46,746 bases of DNA, from contig NC_090973.1 of the NCBI RefSeq assembly GCF_040807025.1, positions 935,107-981,852 on the forward strand, read 5' to 3'. The translations under genes and the position numbers were made by a program. Numbering within the stretch: position 1 is the first letter of the stretch; every line of letters begins with the position of its first letter. This DNA is from Struthio camelus (lineage: Eukaryota). This document shows positions 44,901-46,746 of this stretch, one piece after another. The notes under the pieces were generated by a model that ran no database searches, was not told where the DNA came from, and saw nothing but the letters and a program-made list of their open reading frames with translations.

Positions 44901-46746
44901 TGAGGGAGGCCCCGCTCTGCCTCATGCAGGGGGAGGAGGAAGGGGGGCCCTGCCCGGACGCCTGGGCCCTTCCTGCTGCCCTTGAGACGCCCTTGGGGCT
45001 CCGTCCCGGACGCCTGGGTCCCTCCCCTCCCCCCAAATTCCCCCCCCCCAACCCGGATGCCTGGGACACCTTGGTCCCTTCCCCCCCCCCAATTCCCCCC
45101 CCCCAACTCGGACGCCTGGGTCCCGCCCCTGACTGCACCCAGAGCCCTACCCGGACGCCTGGGTCCCCTCCCCGCCCGCGGTGACTTCCCCAACCCGGAC
45201 GCCTGGGTCCCATTTCCCCTTCGCAGCCGCTGCCGCCCGGACGCCTGGGTCCGTCTACCCCCCCCCCCCCAAATCCGGGCGCCTGGGTCCCTCTTCCCCC
45301 CCCCCCAAACCCGGACACCTGGGTCCCTCTTCCCCCCCCCCCCAAACCCGGACGCCTGGGTCCCTCTTCCCCCCCCCCCCCAAACCCGGACGCCTGGGTC
45401 CCTCTTCCCCCCCCCCCCAACCCCAGACGCCTGGGTCCCTCTTCCCCCCCCCCCCCCAAACCCGGACGCCTGGGTCCCTCTTCCCCCCCCCCCCCAACCC
45501 CGGACGCCTGGGTCCCTCTCCCCCCCCCCCAAACCCGGACGCCTGGGTCCCTCTCCCCGCCCCCCCCAAACCCGGACGCCTGGGTCCCTCTCCCCTTCCC
45601 CCCCAAATCCGGGCGCCTGGGTCCGTCTACCCCCCCCCCCCCCAAATCCGGGCGCCTGGGTCCCTCTTCCCCCCCCCCCAAACCCGGACGCCTGGGTCCC
45701 TCTTCCCCCCCCCCCAAACCCGGACGCCTGGGTCGCTCTTCCCCCCCCCCCCCCCAAACCCGGACGCCTGGGTCCCTCTTCCCCCCCCCCCCCAAACCCG
45801 GACGCCTGGGTCCCTCTTCCCCCCCCCCCCCAAACCCGGACGCCTGGGTCCCTCTTCCCCCCCCCCCCCCAAACCCGGACGCCTGGGTCCCTCTTCCCCC
45901 CCAACCCCAGACGCCTGGGTCCCTCTTCCCCCCCCCCCCAACCCCGGACGCCTGGGTCCCTCTTCCCCCCCCCCCCAACCCCGGACGCCTGGGTCCCTCT
46001 TCCCCCCCCCCCAACCCCAGACGCCTGGGTCCCTCTTTCCCCCCCCCCCCAACCCCAGACGCCTGGGTCCCTCTTTCCCCCCCCCCCCAACCCGGACGCC
46101 TGGGTCCCTCTTTCCCCCCCCCCCCAAACCCAGACGCCTGGGTCCCTCTTCCCCCCCCCCCCCCCAAACCCGGACGCCTGGGTCCCTCTCCCCTTCCCCC
46201 CCCAACCCGGACGCCTGGGTCCCTCTCCCCTTCCCCCCCCAACCCGGACGCCTGGGTCCCTCTCCCCTTCCCCCCCCAACCCGGACGCCTGGGTCCCTCT
46301 CCCCCCCCCCCCCAACCCGGACGCCTGGGTCCCTCTCCCCCCCCCCCCCCAACCCGGACGCCTGGGTCCCTCTCCCCCCCCCCCCAACCCGGACGCCTGG
46401 GTCCCTCTCCCCGCCCCCCCAAACCCGGACGCCTGGGTCCCTCTCCCCTTCCCCCCCAACCTGGACGCCTGGGTCCCTCTCCCCTTCCCCCCCCCCAAAC
46501 CCAGACGCCTGGGTCCCTCTTCCCCCCCCCCCCAAACCCGGACGCCTGGGTCCCTCTTCCCCCCCCCCCCCAAACCCGGACGCCTGGGTCCCTCTTCCCC
46601 CCCCCCCCCAAACCCGGACGCCTGGGTCCCTCTTCCCCCCCCCCCCCCAAACCCGGACGCCTGGGTCCCTCTTCCCCCCCCCCCCCCAAACCCGGACGCC
46701 TGGGTCCCTCTCCCCTTCCCCCCCCCAAACCCGGACGCCTGGGTCC
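44900..46746. repeat. About 60-bp tandem repeat (c)n-aaacccggacgcctgggtccctcttcc with variable poly-C tracts of 9-15 nt, about 30 copies, running to the window edge
   Basis: ccggacgcctgggtccctc recurs about every 58-62 bp. Its core is the reverse complement of the unit at 32400-33425. Confidence 0.9.

Noticed and set aside
44446-46728. 760-aa minus-strand ORF ([17 protein letters not shown]... repeats)
   Set aside because: It is a translation of the 60-bp ccggacgcctgggtccc satellite. The periodic 20-aa unit is an artefact of repeat length being divisible by 3.
42480-46746. An ALDOA coding exon (MPYQYPALTPEQKKEL...)
   Set aside because: It was not found on either strand. Only candidate non-coding first exons are present, and the remainder is satellite. 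ALDOA identity is therefore a synteny-based inference only.

Overview
This window is GC-rich vertebrate genomic DNA. The composition and the extreme tandem-repeat load look like a bird or reptile microchromosome, but that is a guess. It contains two protein-coding genes lying tail to tail. MVP (major vault protein) is on the + strand: 16 coding exons from the ATG at 1132 to the TGA at 29391-29393, then AATAAA at 29415-29420. The exon lengths sum to 2547 nt (849 codons) and all splice phases are consistent. TLCD3B/FAM57B, a TLC-domain protein, is on the - strand: 5 coding exons between 32126 and 39493, summing to 798 nt (266 codons). Upstream of TLCD3B's first coding exon (higher coordinates) there is a GC-box tandem array, then a CpG-island promoter (about 41400-41850) with five CCAAT boxes and two GCGCATGCGC palindromes. 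Beyond that, on the + strand, are two candidate non-coding first exons (donors at 42732|42733 and 44266|44267). These are compatible with the alternative 5' exons of an ALDOA-like neighbour, but no ALDOA coding exon is in the window. Almost all intronic and intergenic sequence (roughly 85% of the window) consists of more than 30 distinct, highly homogenised tandem arrays. The most unusual observation is that several arrays are built from the genes' own functional junctions. About 25 copies of the 3' end of MVP exon 2 plus its splice donor fill intron 2. About 10 copies of the 3' end of TLCD3B exon 3 plus its donor fill TLCD3B intron 3. An array of the MVP start-codon context lies upstream of the ATG, and an array of the exon-7 acceptor region lies in intron 6. 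Other notable elements are a 22-bp CRE (TGACGTCA) array right after the MVP poly(A) site that shows CpG decay, a 10-bp-phased octamer (ATTTGCAT) array, and an array of RFX X-box palindromes including a perfect GTTGCCATGGCAAC. Long ORFs in the six-frame track that lie inside repeats are artefacts.
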